From positions 2,070,001 through 2,102,000 of the forward strand of contig CP178758.1 in assembly GCA_047651235.1 (NCBI GenBank): a stretch of DNA of 32,000 nt, read 5' to 3'. Each line of letters opens with the position of its first letter. The stretch's first letter is position 1. The translations under genes were made by a program, and so were the position numbers. The DNA is from Candidatus Electrothrix yaqonensis. Its GTDB lineage: Bacteria > Desulfobacterota > Desulfobulbia > Desulfobulbales > Desulfobulbaceae. The notes under the pieces are model-generated. The model did no database searches. It saw only the letters and a program-made list of their open reading frames with translations, and was not told the DNA's origin. Positions 1 to 9,133 of the stretch are shown piece after piece.

Positions 1-1796
1 CCCGACCGGATCATAAAAGCCCGTTCAGTCATGTTTCCCTGAGCTGGGCCGGGGTGAAATCGGAAAATGTTGCAGCTGTCTGGCTGCTCTACCATCTGAC
101 GGACCGGCTCAATCCGGCAAAGCTGCGGGAGGTGGCTGCTGTTCTTGATATGGCACCCAGGATAAAAGGAGGAAAGACGGAAAACTACCAGCAGTTCAGC
201 AGTCGTATACGCGACCGGTTCGGTATCCGTATTTCTTCCGGTGTGCTTGATCGGGCTGCTTATGAACAGGCTCTCCGCAGGATGGAACCGGATTTTGTGT
301 TTGACGGCCGGACCGGAGAGTATCAGAGCTGGAAACGCATCCCTTATGGTCTTGATTTCGGTAAATTCCGTTCAGCCCTGTATCAGGCACTGAAAAAAAA
401 GAAGCTGGATTCCCGCGAGCGCTCGGAGTACTGGTCCCGTATCTCGATGCTGTATCCGAGTTACCTGCAGTTAAGCAGGGTGCAGCGGCGGCTGCTGCAG
501 CACCGGAAATATATTGAAGAACTGCCTGTCCCGTGGTTCGGCAGCTCTTTTTTCTCCAGGGAAGAGTTGCAGGAAACAGAGGAGAAACGGCCTAAGGGGT
601 TCTTTGCCGAGAATAACCGGGGCAAGCTGGTGTATACGCTCAGAAGCAAGCTGCCAAAGAGCTGGCGCCGGGTGGAGGATCTTGCTCTGCGCCGTCGGCT
701 GATCGGTCTTTTTTCTGCTGAACGGAAAGCATTATGGGCAAATATTCTACTGGAAGGTACTGTAACCACTGAGAGCTTCAGAATGGTGCAGCGGCAGATG
801 CGGGAGGAACGGCAGGCTCTGGCGCAGCATAAAAACTATTCCATGGAGGTGCTGACAGCTGTTTCCGATTACCGGGTCATGGTCGGACTGCAGTATCTGA
901 TACGCCTTGCCCGCGAAAGCGGGATCAACAGCCCTCTTGCTCCGGTTCTTTCTTTTCCTCTGGGATCAAATGTGGTTTCCCTGCTGGACAGTGTGCGCAT
1001 GTATGAGACGCTGGTAACCGGCAAAAATTATACAGTGCAGTTGTCAGAGGGGCAGAGGGATGAAGAATCCGTTGACAGCCTGGAAGGGTTGGCCATCATT
1101 GAGCGGATCGAGGCGGCGGATGGCAGAATTGTTTATGCGCGGGACACAACGGCACGCCCTGTTTTGGACCGGAAGACCAGCAATGAACTGAGCAGTATTC
1201 TGCAGAATGTTATCCGTTACGGCACAGGGCGTTATGCTGCCAAGAATGTCCGGCTCCGAAGTGACAATGAAGAGCGGAACAATAAATTGAGCAAGATGGA
1301 TCTTCCCCTGCCGCTCATGGGCAAAACAGGCACGGCCAATGATTTCCGCAATGCTGCTTTTTTCGGCTATGTCCCGACAGGCACAGCTGAATCAGCCCTT
1401 CTTGCCGATGCAGGCTATGCTGTGGGCGTCTATACAGGGTTTGACGACAATGATCCTATGAAAAAGGGAACAACCCGGATCAGCGGTGCTCAGGGGGCGC
1501 TGCCCACCTGGAGCAGCATTGCTGAATATCTGTATACAATCGAAGGCGTCGCTGACCGGCTGGACCCGGTGGATCTCGCTTTCGACGGTATTGCTCTGAA
1601 ATACCCGGACACCGGCCAGTATTTTGTCCCGGTACGGCAGGACAACGGCGGCCTGATGAGCAGAGGAAAGGCGGGTATCCGCTCTGTTATCGCTCCGCCG
1701 AACCCGGCTGTCCTGGGACATGGCAGCGTGAGTGCAAACGGCAGTTTTGAAGCGGAGCGGAGATTTATTCCTTTCTGGCTGAATCAGCAGCCGTAA
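1..1796 (+). CDS. penicillin-binding protein, transpeptidase (C-terminal) portion; 5' end lies outside the window
   Basis: The reading frame is open from nt 3, with no stop before the listed GTG at 54. SxN-like motif KSENVAAV at ORF aa 3-5. PLGSNVVSLLD segment. KTG box MGKTGTANDFRNAAFFGY at ORF aa 424-426. Stop at 1794-1796. Confidence 0.75.
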   Translation, partial: RPDHKSPFSHVSLSWAGVKSENVAAVWLLYHLTDRLNPAKLREVAAVLDMAPRIKGGKTENYQQFSSRIRDRFGIRISSGVLDRAAYEQALRRMEPDFVFDGRTGEYQSWKRIPYGLDFGKFRSALYQALKKKKLDSRERSEYWSRISMLYPSYLQLSRVQRRLLQHRKYIEELPVPWFGSSFFSREELQETEEKRPKGFFAENNRGKLVYTLRSKLPKSWRRVEDLALRRRLIGLFSAERKALWANILLEGTVTTESFRMVQRQMREERQALAQHKNYSMEVLTAVSDYRVMVGLQYLIRLARESGINSPLAPVLSFPLGSNVVSLLDSVRMYETLVTGKNYTVQLSEGQRDEESVDSLEGLAIIERIEAADGRIVYARDTTARPVLDRKTSNELSSILQNVIRYGTGRYAAKNVRLRSDNEERNNKLSKMDLPLPLMGKTGTANDFRNAAFFGYVPTGTAESALLADAGYAVGVYTGFDDNDPMKKGTTRISGAQGALPTWSSIAEYLYTIEGVADRLDPVDLAFDGIALKYPDTGQYFVPVRQDNGGLMSRGKAGIRSVIAPPNPAVLGHGSVSANGSFEAERRFIPFWLNQQP

Positions 1797-1980
1797 AAGA
1801 CCGGTTCTCAGCCTGACCGAACAGGAATCCCGGAAAAAATTAGGCGGCCGGTCTAAAAAGGAATTGTGCAGACTCTCGTTTTCTGATAGTTTTCATCTTC
1901 TGTCCGTCTGCTGTTTTTTCAGAAAGAGAAAAGACCTAACCTGTCCACACTATATGCCAATGCATTCCGCATCATTTTTT

Positions 1981-4107
1981 ATGCGTATTAACGTCAGAAG
2001 GTTGCTGCTGGGAGCGGTCTCATCGTGTATTCTTGCTGGCTGCATCGAAGGCCGGCAGATGATACGTCCGTACGGGGAAGCACCGGCCCGACCTGACCCT
2101 TCCCGTGTGCAAGCGGTCGTACCGTCACAGCAGCAGAGACTCATTCCTGAACCGCCGCCGCAGACAGTGCAGCAGTATAGGGATACATCCGCATCCGCAC
2201 CGACCGGACAGGCATATCGGACGGTCAGAAGAACGTATCAGCGTACTCCTTCGGAGCAGCCTGCCTCTTCCCGGCAGGTGCTGGAGCCTATCCGTTCAAC
2301 GGTCCGCGGGCGGATTACATTTTACGCGCAGAAAATGAGAGACTGGCAGGAACTACTGCGCAGAAGTGCTGCATACCGTTCCGTCGGAGAGACCCAACAA
2401 CTTATCTCCTGCCGGAACAGGGTAGCTGACTTGTATGAGGCATACAGAACGCTGCAGGTGCAGCTGTTCAATGACAGGATTACTGCGGATTCCCGGCAGG
2501 AAATCACAGCAACCCTTCAGAGACTGCAGGATAAAGATTTTATCTATCTCAAAGGAACATGTCCGTCTTTTTTTACCAGCTTAAGTACGCCACGCGAACA
2601 GACCTTTAATATTCCTGTTGATATCCCCCCTGACATTTCCGGTCCCGCCATCCCCGGAGGAAATATCTCCGCCCCTGTTCCGATGCCTGACACACTCGGC
2701 ACGATTCCCCCCGCTCAGGAAACGGAAATGGAGACGAAATTTATGCCTTCTGTTTCTCCGGACAGGGGTATGTATAGGGAAAGGGAAACTGAGGAAACAG
2801 TTGAAACAGTTCCCGATGTTCAGAACGAGCTGACGCCTTCCCCTGAGCAGCAGGCCCGGTATAAAGAGCAGTATCAGCAGACCCTGATTTTGTTGAAAAG
2901 CGGACGTGAACATGAGGCCCGCCGGGTATTGACCGAGTTGCTTGCCAATGTCCGCCGACCGGGCAGCAGAACCCTGCAGATCAAGGTCCTGCGGAAATTG
3001 GCAGAACTGGAGTTCGCTCTCAGAAATTACACAGCTGCACGAATATTGTACGAGGATTTGCAGCAGCTGAACGCGGATTTCAGACGGCAGTATCTGATTT
3101 CCCTCCAATCTGCCGGCTCTCACCGGGAAGAAGTAGATGCATATGCGGCTCTGCTCCTCAGCTGGCTGGCATCAGACCCTGAGCAGGACGGATTTACTGT
3201 TGTGCAGCAGGCCCGAACTTTTATCCGCGATTTTCCCTCTTCAGGGCTTCATCCCTATGCCCGGGAGCTTGCCGGAAAGGCGGAACAGAAAGCTGAACAG
3301 TGGTTCAGGGGCCTGCTGCTGCAGATTGACCACCTGGCGGCAGACGGAAAAAAAGAGGAAGCCTTGCAGGCAGCTGAACGGATACCGCTGGATATACTCC
3401 CTCTTGACAAGCAGGATATATTGCAGCAGAGAAAGAACTCGCTGATGCCTCCTGTTCCGGCTGAAATCAGACCTGCTGTCGAGCCGGAAAGAACAGCAGA
3501 GGAACAGACTGTTCCGCAGGAAAAAGAAAGGGAGACGCAGAAAGAGCCGGTTCGCCCGAAAGCAGCAGATCGTTATGAACAGGCACAGGAGGTGCAGACC
3601 GCCTCACCTGAACCGGCTGTACCGGCCGAGCCGATTCAGGAAACAGTACAGCAACGGGTTGAGGAGAAGAAAAAGAATCCGCCTGCTGTTCGGGAAAAAC
3701 AGCAGCAGCCAGCTGCCGAATCAGGTCGTCCTGCTGTGACGAATGAGGAGCTGCAGACAGCATGGGAGACAGGAATGCAGGCCCTGCAGGCAGCGGAATA
3801 TGATCGGGCAGTCGGTATTTTTTCAGCTCTTCTGAATACACCGTTCCATGAGCAGGCACGCGGAAAACTGGAAGAAGCATCACGGGCGGCCGGACAGGAA
3901 ACGAGAAAAAAAGCAGCGAATTTTTTCCAGCGGGCCAATAATGCGACAGATCCGGCTGTCAGGAAAAAGCATCTTCTTTCCTCAAAGGCTCTCCTGGAGG
4001 ATATTCTGCAGAAATATCCTCTTGCCGGGCTTGATGCCAAGGTGAAACGGAATCTCAACCGGGTGAACAAGGAGCTGGCCGCTCTTAGTCATATACCTGT
4101 TGAATAA
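1981..4107 (+). CDS. lipoprotein with Pro/Gln/Glu-rich low-complexity regions and TPR-like helical repeats
   Basis: The internal ATG at 1981 gives MRINVRRLLLGAVSSCILAGC, a signal peptide with lipobox LAGC. The ORF-track start at 1864 adds a non-signal-like extension. TPR-like segments include YKEQYQQTLILLKSGREHEARRVL and WETGMQALQAAEYDRAVGIFSALL. Long P/E/Q-rich stretches. Confidence 0.7.
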   Translation: MRINVRRLLLGAVSSCILAGCIEGRQMIRPYGEAPARPDPSRVQAVVPSQQQRLIPEPPPQTVQQYRDTSASAPTGQAYRTVRRTYQRTPSEQPASSRQVLEPIRSTVRGRITFYAQKMRDWQELLRRSAAYRSVGETQQLISCRNRVADLYEAYRTLQVQLFNDRITADSRQEITATLQRLQDKDFIYLKGTCPSFFTSLSTPREQTFNIPVDIPPDISGPAIPGGNISAPVPMPDTLGTIPPAQETEMETKFMPSVSPDRGMYRERETEETVETVPDVQNELTPSPEQQARYKEQYQQTLILLKSGREHEARRVLTELLANVRRPGSRTLQIKVLRKLAELEFALRNYTAARILYEDLQQLNADFRRQYLISLQSAGSHREEVDAYAALLLSWLASDPEQDGFTVVQQARTFIRDFPSSGLHPYARELAGKAEQKAEQWFRGLLLQIDHLAADGKKEEALQAAERIPLDILPLDKQDILQQRKNSLMPPVPAEIRPAVEPERTAEEQTVPQEKERETQKEPVRPKAADRYEQAQEVQTASPEPAVPAEPIQETVQQRVEEKKKNPPAVREKQQQPAAESGRPAVTNEELQTAWETGMQALQAAEYDRAVGIFSALLNTPFHEQARGKLEEASRAAGQETRKKAANFFQRANNATDPAVRKKHLLSSKALLEDILQKYPLAGLDAKVKRNLNRVNKELAALSHIPVE

Positions 4108-4239
4108 CAGGTGGGGTCCGGGCAGAGCCGGTACAGGTGAAGCCATCTGATAATCTCTCCCGAAAAGCAAATGCAGGGCCGGAAGACAGGAAAACAGAAA
4201 CAGGTTGTATGAGAAATATTTAACGAACAGGAGTCGGTT

Positions 4240-5193
4240 ATGAACAAAAATCTTATTATCGGAGGGCTTGCCGCTCTTCTGATTATGTCATCCCTGTGGG
4301 GACAGATTGAGACACGGTCCGCAAGAAATCTCAAGAAAGAAAAAGAAGCGGTGCAGCAGCAGATTGCACGGGCAGAGCAGGAGGCGGCGGCGGCTGGGCA
4401 GAAATTGCAGAAAAAAGCAGCAGAGCTGGACACATCCCGTGCGGAATTGAACGGGATGACACAAGGATATAAAAACCTTAAAGAAATGCTTGCGGAAGCA
4501 AAAGCAGAAACTGAAACAGTTCTGCAAGAAAAAGAAGCTGCTCTTAAGGCACTGAAGCAGGAGAAGCAGGGCCTTCTTGGAAAAATGCAGAAAACGGACG
4601 ACTCCCTCGCGGCTATGAAAAAGGAGCTTGCGGGTATGGAGAAAAAACTTGCCGCAGCCGACTCCAAAGCTGAAGAACTGCAGAAACAGCTGCAGAAGCA
4701 ATCGGCAGCGCACCAGGCAGCGATTCAGCAAGAAGCGCAGAAGATGAAAAGCCTCAATGCGAAAAAAGAGGATGAAGGAAAGCTCCTTGCCGCTGCCCAG
4801 GCTGCCAAACAGAAACTGGCTGCCCAATATCGGCAGGTTCAGAGAAAATTACAGAAAGCACAGGGTGAAATCAATAAACTGCGTGATCAGCAAAACAGAA
4901 TGAAGGAACAGCATGCAACAGCAGCTGAAAAAGCTGAATCTCTCCAGGCGCAGGTCATCGGCTTTGAAAAAGTTGTTGAAGAAAGGAATGCGGCTCTTGC
5001 AGCAGTGAGCAGCGAGCTGGAAGCCTGTAAAGTCAATACAAAGGTGCTGATTTCAAGAATATCTGACCAGGAAAACACGCAGCAAACCATGCAGGAAAAA
5101 ATGCAGCTGATGGTGCAGAATATTGCGGAGCAGAAAGCAACGAAAAAGGATGCGGAACAGGCTGCTCCGAAACCAAAAAAGCAGCAGCGCTGA
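4240..5193 (+). CDS. membrane-anchored (N-terminal TM or signal) coiled-coil protein, function unknown
   Basis: N-terminus MNKNLIIGGLAALLIMSSLWGQ is hydrophobic. It is followed by about 290 aa of uninterrupted K/E/Q/A-rich sequence that looks heptad-like. A hairpin plus T-run lies downstream. Confidence 0.7.
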   Translation: MNKNLIIGGLAALLIMSSLWGQIETRSARNLKKEKEAVQQQIARAEQEAAAAGQKLQKKAAELDTSRAELNGMTQGYKNLKEMLAEAKAETETVLQEKEAALKALKQEKQGLLGKMQKTDDSLAAMKKELAGMEKKLAAADSKAEELQKQLQKQSAAHQAAIQQEAQKMKSLNAKKEDEGKLLAAAQAAKQKLAAQYRQVQRKLQKAQGEINKLRDQQNRMKEQHATAAEKAESLQAQVIGFEKVVEERNAALAAVSSELEACKVNTKVLISRISDQENTQQTMQEKMQLMVQNIAEQKATKKDAEQAAPKPKKQQR

Positions 5194-5263
5194 GAACACG
5201 GCTTCCCGGTATGCCGGTGGGCAGTCTGTCGGATTTTCGGATTTTTCCGCACGGCTGTTGCAG

Positions 5264-5315
5264 GGCTCAGGATGTGCGGACCGCTGATCCGTGACTCCTG
5301 AGCCTCTTGTTTTTT
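5264..5315 (+). terminator. putative rho-independent terminator after the coiled-coil gene
   Basis: GGCTCAGGA (5264-5272) pairs perfectly with TCCTGAGCC (5296-5304). It is followed by TCTTGTTTTTT. The 23-nt loop is large. Confidence 0.5.
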
Positions 5316-5355
5316 ACCTGTCTGCTCCCCTCCTTTTTTCCTGCCGGAGACAAAC

Positions 5356-5886
5356 GTGCAGCCGATTATTGACTGGTTCTCCAACCTGTACGCTGTCACC
5401 TTAGCCAATCCGCATGTCTGGGGTTTTCTGGCCAGTCTGCCGTTTATCATCGGCGGACTGGTGGGAACGGTATTTCCGGCCCTGCCCGGTACAGCTCTGA
5501 TCCTGTGCGGTTTTCTGGCGCATGGCCTGATCACCGGATTTGATACCCTGTCAGGCTGGTTTTTTCTTGGCCAGACGGTCCTGGTGGGCCTGAGCTACCT
5601 GATTGATTTTCTCGCCACAGGATTCGGGGTCAAGATGTTCGGCGGCTCCAAAGCGGCTGCTTGGGGGGCGGTGGCCGGTTCCCTGCTGGTCTTTGTGCTC
5701 GGCCCCATCGGGATTATTGTCGGCCCGCTGATCGGAGCCATTGCCGGAGAGCTGCTTATGGGCGAGCAGGTCAAACAGGCCCTGCATTCCGGTTTTGGTT
5801 CTTTTCTGGGCTTCATGGGCGGGGTGGTGGCTAACTTGGTTATTTCCGGCGTGATGATTGCCTGGTTTATCTGGCGGATTCTGTAG
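5356..5886 (+). CDS. DUF456 family membrane protein
   Basis: GTG start 5 nt after GGAGA (5346-5350). Multi-TM protein with FGGSKAAAWGAVAGS...GPLIGAIAGELL, which I recall as the DUF456 pattern. Confidence 0.8.
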   Translation: MQPIIDWFSNLYAVTLANPHVWGFLASLPFIIGGLVGTVFPALPGTALILCGFLAHGLITGFDTLSGWFFLGQTVLVGLSYLIDFLATGFGVKMFGGSKAAAWGAVAGSLLVFVLGPIGIIVGPLIGAIAGELLMGEQVKQALHSGFGSFLGFMGGVVANLVISGVMIAWFIWRIL

Positions 5887-6202
5887 CTCCTTCTTTCCGA
5901 CTCTCGGCTGTGTGTTACGCTGTTTCTGTCTCTGCCGGGAAAAAACATATTGACAGAATGAGAACCCTTATAATAGAAACAGGAAGCCTGATTTTTCCTG
6001 TTGTGGCGGACAGGGATGATAAGTGACTTAGATGTCGTCGTTTTCTTTGCCCGTAATTCAAGCTGGGGCTTTATCACCCCGGCCTTTGAAGAAAAAAAAC
6101 GTCCTTTAAACCATATGTCGCATCGTAAGTTTTCAGGAAAGAAAGAATTCCTCAAGGAATTTCATCAGCTGTAAAGAGGAACACTCCAAGCAGATTCTAA
6201 TC

Positions 6203-8668
6203 ATGGGAAAAACACTGATCATTGCGGAGAAACCCAGCGTGGCCGGCGACATTGTCAAGGCCCTGGGGGGAAAGTTTGAAAAAACCAAAACCCACTATGA
6301 GGGCGAGGAGTATATTGTCTCCTATGCTGTCGGCCACCTTGTCTCCATCGGCTTTCCTGAAGAGGTTGATCCGAAATTTCAGAAATGGACTCTGGACAAT
6401 CTGCCCATCCTGCCGGAAGAGTTTCCTCTGGTTGTCCTGCCCCGCACCAAAACCCAGTACAATGCCCTGAGCAAGCTGATCCGCCGCCGGGATGTGGACG
6501 TGATCGTCAACGGCTGTGATGCGGGCCGTGAGGGTGAACTGATCTTTAAATATATCCTTAAACATTGTTTTACGCGATCAGTCGCCGGGAAATCTATCCG
6601 CAGGCTCTGGCTGCAGTCCATGACCTTGGATTCTATCCGGGAAGGCCTGAAGAACCTGCGCGATAACGAAGAAATGTTGTCCCTGGAAGATGCGGCCCTG
6701 TGCCGCTCCGAGGCGGACTGGCTCATTGGCATCAACGCCACCCGCGCCCTGACCTGTTACAACTCCCGGCACGGTGGGTTCCGCAAGACCCCCTGCGGTC
6801 GGGTCCAGACGCCGACTTTATCTATGATGGTGAAGCGGGAAGCCGAACGGCGGGCCTTTGTCCCGACGGATTACTGGGAGTTGCATGCTTCGTTCCAGAG
6901 CGGCAAGGCTGCTTATGTCGGCATCTGGATCGATCCGGAATTCAAAAAAAATCCGGATAATCCCCATGCCAATAAAAAACGTCTCTGGGAAGAAAAACAG
7001 GCTGCTGCCATTGTGCAGAAATGCCTCGGCAAAGAAGCGGAGGTTGATGAGACACATAGAAATTCCAGCCAAGCCCCGCTCCTGCTCTACGACCTGACCA
7101 CCCTGCAGCGGGAGGCCAATTCCAGATTCGGGTTTTCCGCCAAAAATACTTTGGGACTTGCTCAGGCCCTGTACGAGAGGCACAAACTGATTACCTATCC
7201 TCGGACCGACAGCTCCTGTCTGCCGGAAGATTATCCTGACAAGGTCAGAGAAGTGCTGGGACGGCAGCAGGAATGGCAGTACGGCAGCTTTGCCGGTGAG
7301 GCCCTGGAAAAAGGATATCTGGACAACAACCTGAAGAACAAGCGGATTTTTAATAATAAAAAGATCAGCGATCATTTTGCCGTTATTCCTACCTCCGGCC
7401 TGCCGGGTAAACTGAAAGAACCGGAGATGAAGGTCTACCAGATGATCGTGCAGCGTTTTCTGGCCATCTTTTTTCCATCTGCCGTGTTTCATAACACCCG
7501 CCGCCTATCCATAATGGAGGGAGAAACTTTTCTTACCGAGGGTAAAATCCTCGTAAAACCGGGCTGGAAAGCGATTTATGGCGCCAAAGCCGGAGCCGGT
7601 GACGCCAAGACCCTTGATGCGTTGCCTGAAGGAGAAACAGTTTCCTGCGCAGAAATCGAGCAGAAGAAGCTGGCCACCAGACCGCCTGCCCGGTTCAGCG
7701 AGGCCACTCTGCTCTCAGCGATGGAGCATTCCGGCAAGCTGGTGGATGACGAAGAGCTGGCCGAGGCCATGAAGGAACGCGGTCTGGGCACGCCCGCCAC
7801 CCGTGCGGCCATTATTGAAAAGCTGCTGAACGAGGTATATATTGTCCGGGAGCAGAAGGAGCTGATCCCGACCGGCAAAGCCTTTGAGCTGCTCTCTCTG
7901 CTGCAGGCACGGGAGATCGATGTGCTGGCCTCGCCGGAACTGACCGGGGAATGGGAGCATAAGCTCAACCGGATTATGAGGGGCAGTCTGACCCGTGATG
8001 AGTTTATGCAGGAAATCCAGGACCAGACAGCTGAGATTATTGCCAAGGTGAAAAGGGGCGAAGGAGATATCCGCTATGAAGCGCCGTTTTCACCGGTTGA
8101 CGGGGCCAAGTTTTTTGAGACCGCCACTGCCTACGAGTCAGAGGACCGCAAGCTGATGATCCGCAAGATCCTCGGCGGCAGGATCATGGAGCAGGACGAG
8201 ATTATCAGCCTGATCCGGGGCGAGACTGTAGGTCCGTACACGGATTTCCGTTCCAAAAGAGGCAGACCGTTCACCGCTTCGGTCTCCATCAAAAACTCCA
8301 AGGTTTCGTTTCAGTTTGCCAATTCCACAGAAAATCTGGACATTGAGGCCATTAAAAAACAGGAGCCTATCGGGGTTTCCCCGGTTGATCAGACTAAAGT
8401 TTTTGAGCTGCCTATGGCCTATATGTCGGAATCCGCTCTTGACGGGGACCAGAAAAAAGGCCTGCGCATCGGGAAAATCATTCTGGAGTGTACCATCACC
8501 AAAGAACATATTTCCCAGCTCCTGACCCATGGTAAAACCGAGCTGATCAAGGGGTTTATTTCCAAACGAAAACGTCCTTTTGACGCCTATCTTCACTTGG
8601 ATGACACAGGCAAGATCATCTTTGAATTTCCGCCGAGAAAATCGAAGGCAAAGAAAAAAAAGAGTTGA
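6203..8668 (+). CDS. topB: DNA topoisomerase III with two C-terminal topoisomerase repeats and a lysine tail
   Basis: N-terminal Toprim MGKTLIIAEKPSVAGDI and CDAGREGELIF. Type IA core. The C-terminus has two copies of a GxxxxF(R/I)SKRGRPF...FxF-type repeat (RSKRGRPFTASVSIKNSKVSFQF and ISKRKRPFDAYLHLDDTGKIIFEF), then KSKAKKKKS. Confidence 0.9.
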   Translation: MGKTLIIAEKPSVAGDIVKALGGKFEKTKTHYEGEEYIVSYAVGHLVSIGFPEEVDPKFQKWTLDNLPILPEEFPLVVLPRTKTQYNALSKLIRRRDVDVIVNGCDAGREGELIFKYILKHCFTRSVAGKSIRRLWLQSMTLDSIREGLKNLRDNEEMLSLEDAALCRSEADWLIGINATRALTCYNSRHGGFRKTPCGRVQTPTLSMMVKREAERRAFVPTDYWELHASFQSGKAAYVGIWIDPEFKKNPDNPHANKKRLWEEKQAAAIVQKCLGKEAEVDETHRNSSQAPLLLYDLTTLQREANSRFGFSAKNTLGLAQALYERHKLITYPRTDSSCLPEDYPDKVREVLGRQQEWQYGSFAGEALEKGYLDNNLKNKRIFNNKKISDHFAVIPTSGLPGKLKEPEMKVYQMIVQRFLAIFFPSAVFHNTRRLSIMEGETFLTEGKILVKPGWKAIYGAKAGAGDAKTLDALPEGETVSCAEIEQKKLATRPPARFSEATLLSAMEHSGKLVDDEELAEAMKERGLGTPATRAAIIEKLLNEVYIVREQKELIPTGKAFELLSLLQAREIDVLASPELTGEWEHKLNRIMRGSLTRDEFMQEIQDQTAEIIAKVKRGEGDIRYEAPFSPVDGAKFFETATAYESEDRKLMIRKILGGRIMEQDEIISLIRGETVGPYTDFRSKRGRPFTASVSIKNSKVSFQFANSTENLDIEAIKKQEPIGVSPVDQTKVFELPMAYMSESALDGDQKKGLRIGKIILECTITKEHISQLLTHGKTELIKGFISKRKRPFDAYLHLDDTGKIIFEFPPRKSKAKKKKS

Positions 8669-8731
8669 CAGGTTTCGTTTTTCGTGTATCTGTTTCCCTG
8701 TTATCATCCTGAATTGTCAGACAGAACAACT

Positions 8732-9133
8732 ATGCGACAGCTGAAAAAAGAGCACAGAGAGCGGACTTCTCTGGAACTGGCGACCGTCTGCGCCCGGATC
8801 GCCTTGGATACCAAAGCGGAAGAACTTGTGATTCTTGATGTCCGCAGCCAGGCCTCCTTTACAGATTACTTTCTCATTATGAGCGGTCGTTCCAGCCGTC
8901 ATGTCCAGGGCCTGGCCGAAGTGATCGAGGAGAAGCTGCGCTCCAAACGGGTGAGCAGCCAACATTCTGAAGGACTGCGGGAAGGCATGTGGGTTCTGCT
9001 GGATTTCGGAGATATTGTGGCCCATATTTTTTATAAGGATCAGCGGAAGTTTTATGATCTGGAAGGATTATGGCATGATGCCCCCAGGGTGGATCTGCAG
9101 GAGCTGGGCCTGGATGCACAGGAGGAAGACTGA
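8732..9133 (+). CDS. rsfS: ribosome silencing factor RsfS (iojap-like)
   Basis: LDTKAEELVILDVRSQASFTDYFLIMSGRSSRHVQGLAEVIEEKL is typical of RsfS. I chose the ATG at 8732 over the upstream GTG at 8684. The stop overlaps the gpmI start. Confidence 0.85.
   Translation: MRQLKKEHRERTSLELATVCARIALDTKAEELVILDVRSQASFTDYFLIMSGRSSRHVQGLAEVIEEKLRSKRVSSQHSEGLREGMWVLLDFGDIVAHIFYKDQRKFYDLEGLWHDAPRVDLQELGLDAQEED

Noticed and set aside
1864-1980. The upstream extension of the lipoprotein ORF (track start at 1864).
   Set aside because: The extension (MCRLSFSDSFHLL...) pushes the signal peptide and lipobox 40 aa into the protein. The ATG at 1981 gives a canonical lipoprotein signal.
5950-5974. TTGACA and TATAAT hexamers upstream of topB.
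   Set aside because: The spacer is only 13 nt, outside the functional 16-19 nt range. Alternative -10 hexamers (TAATAG at N15) are poor.
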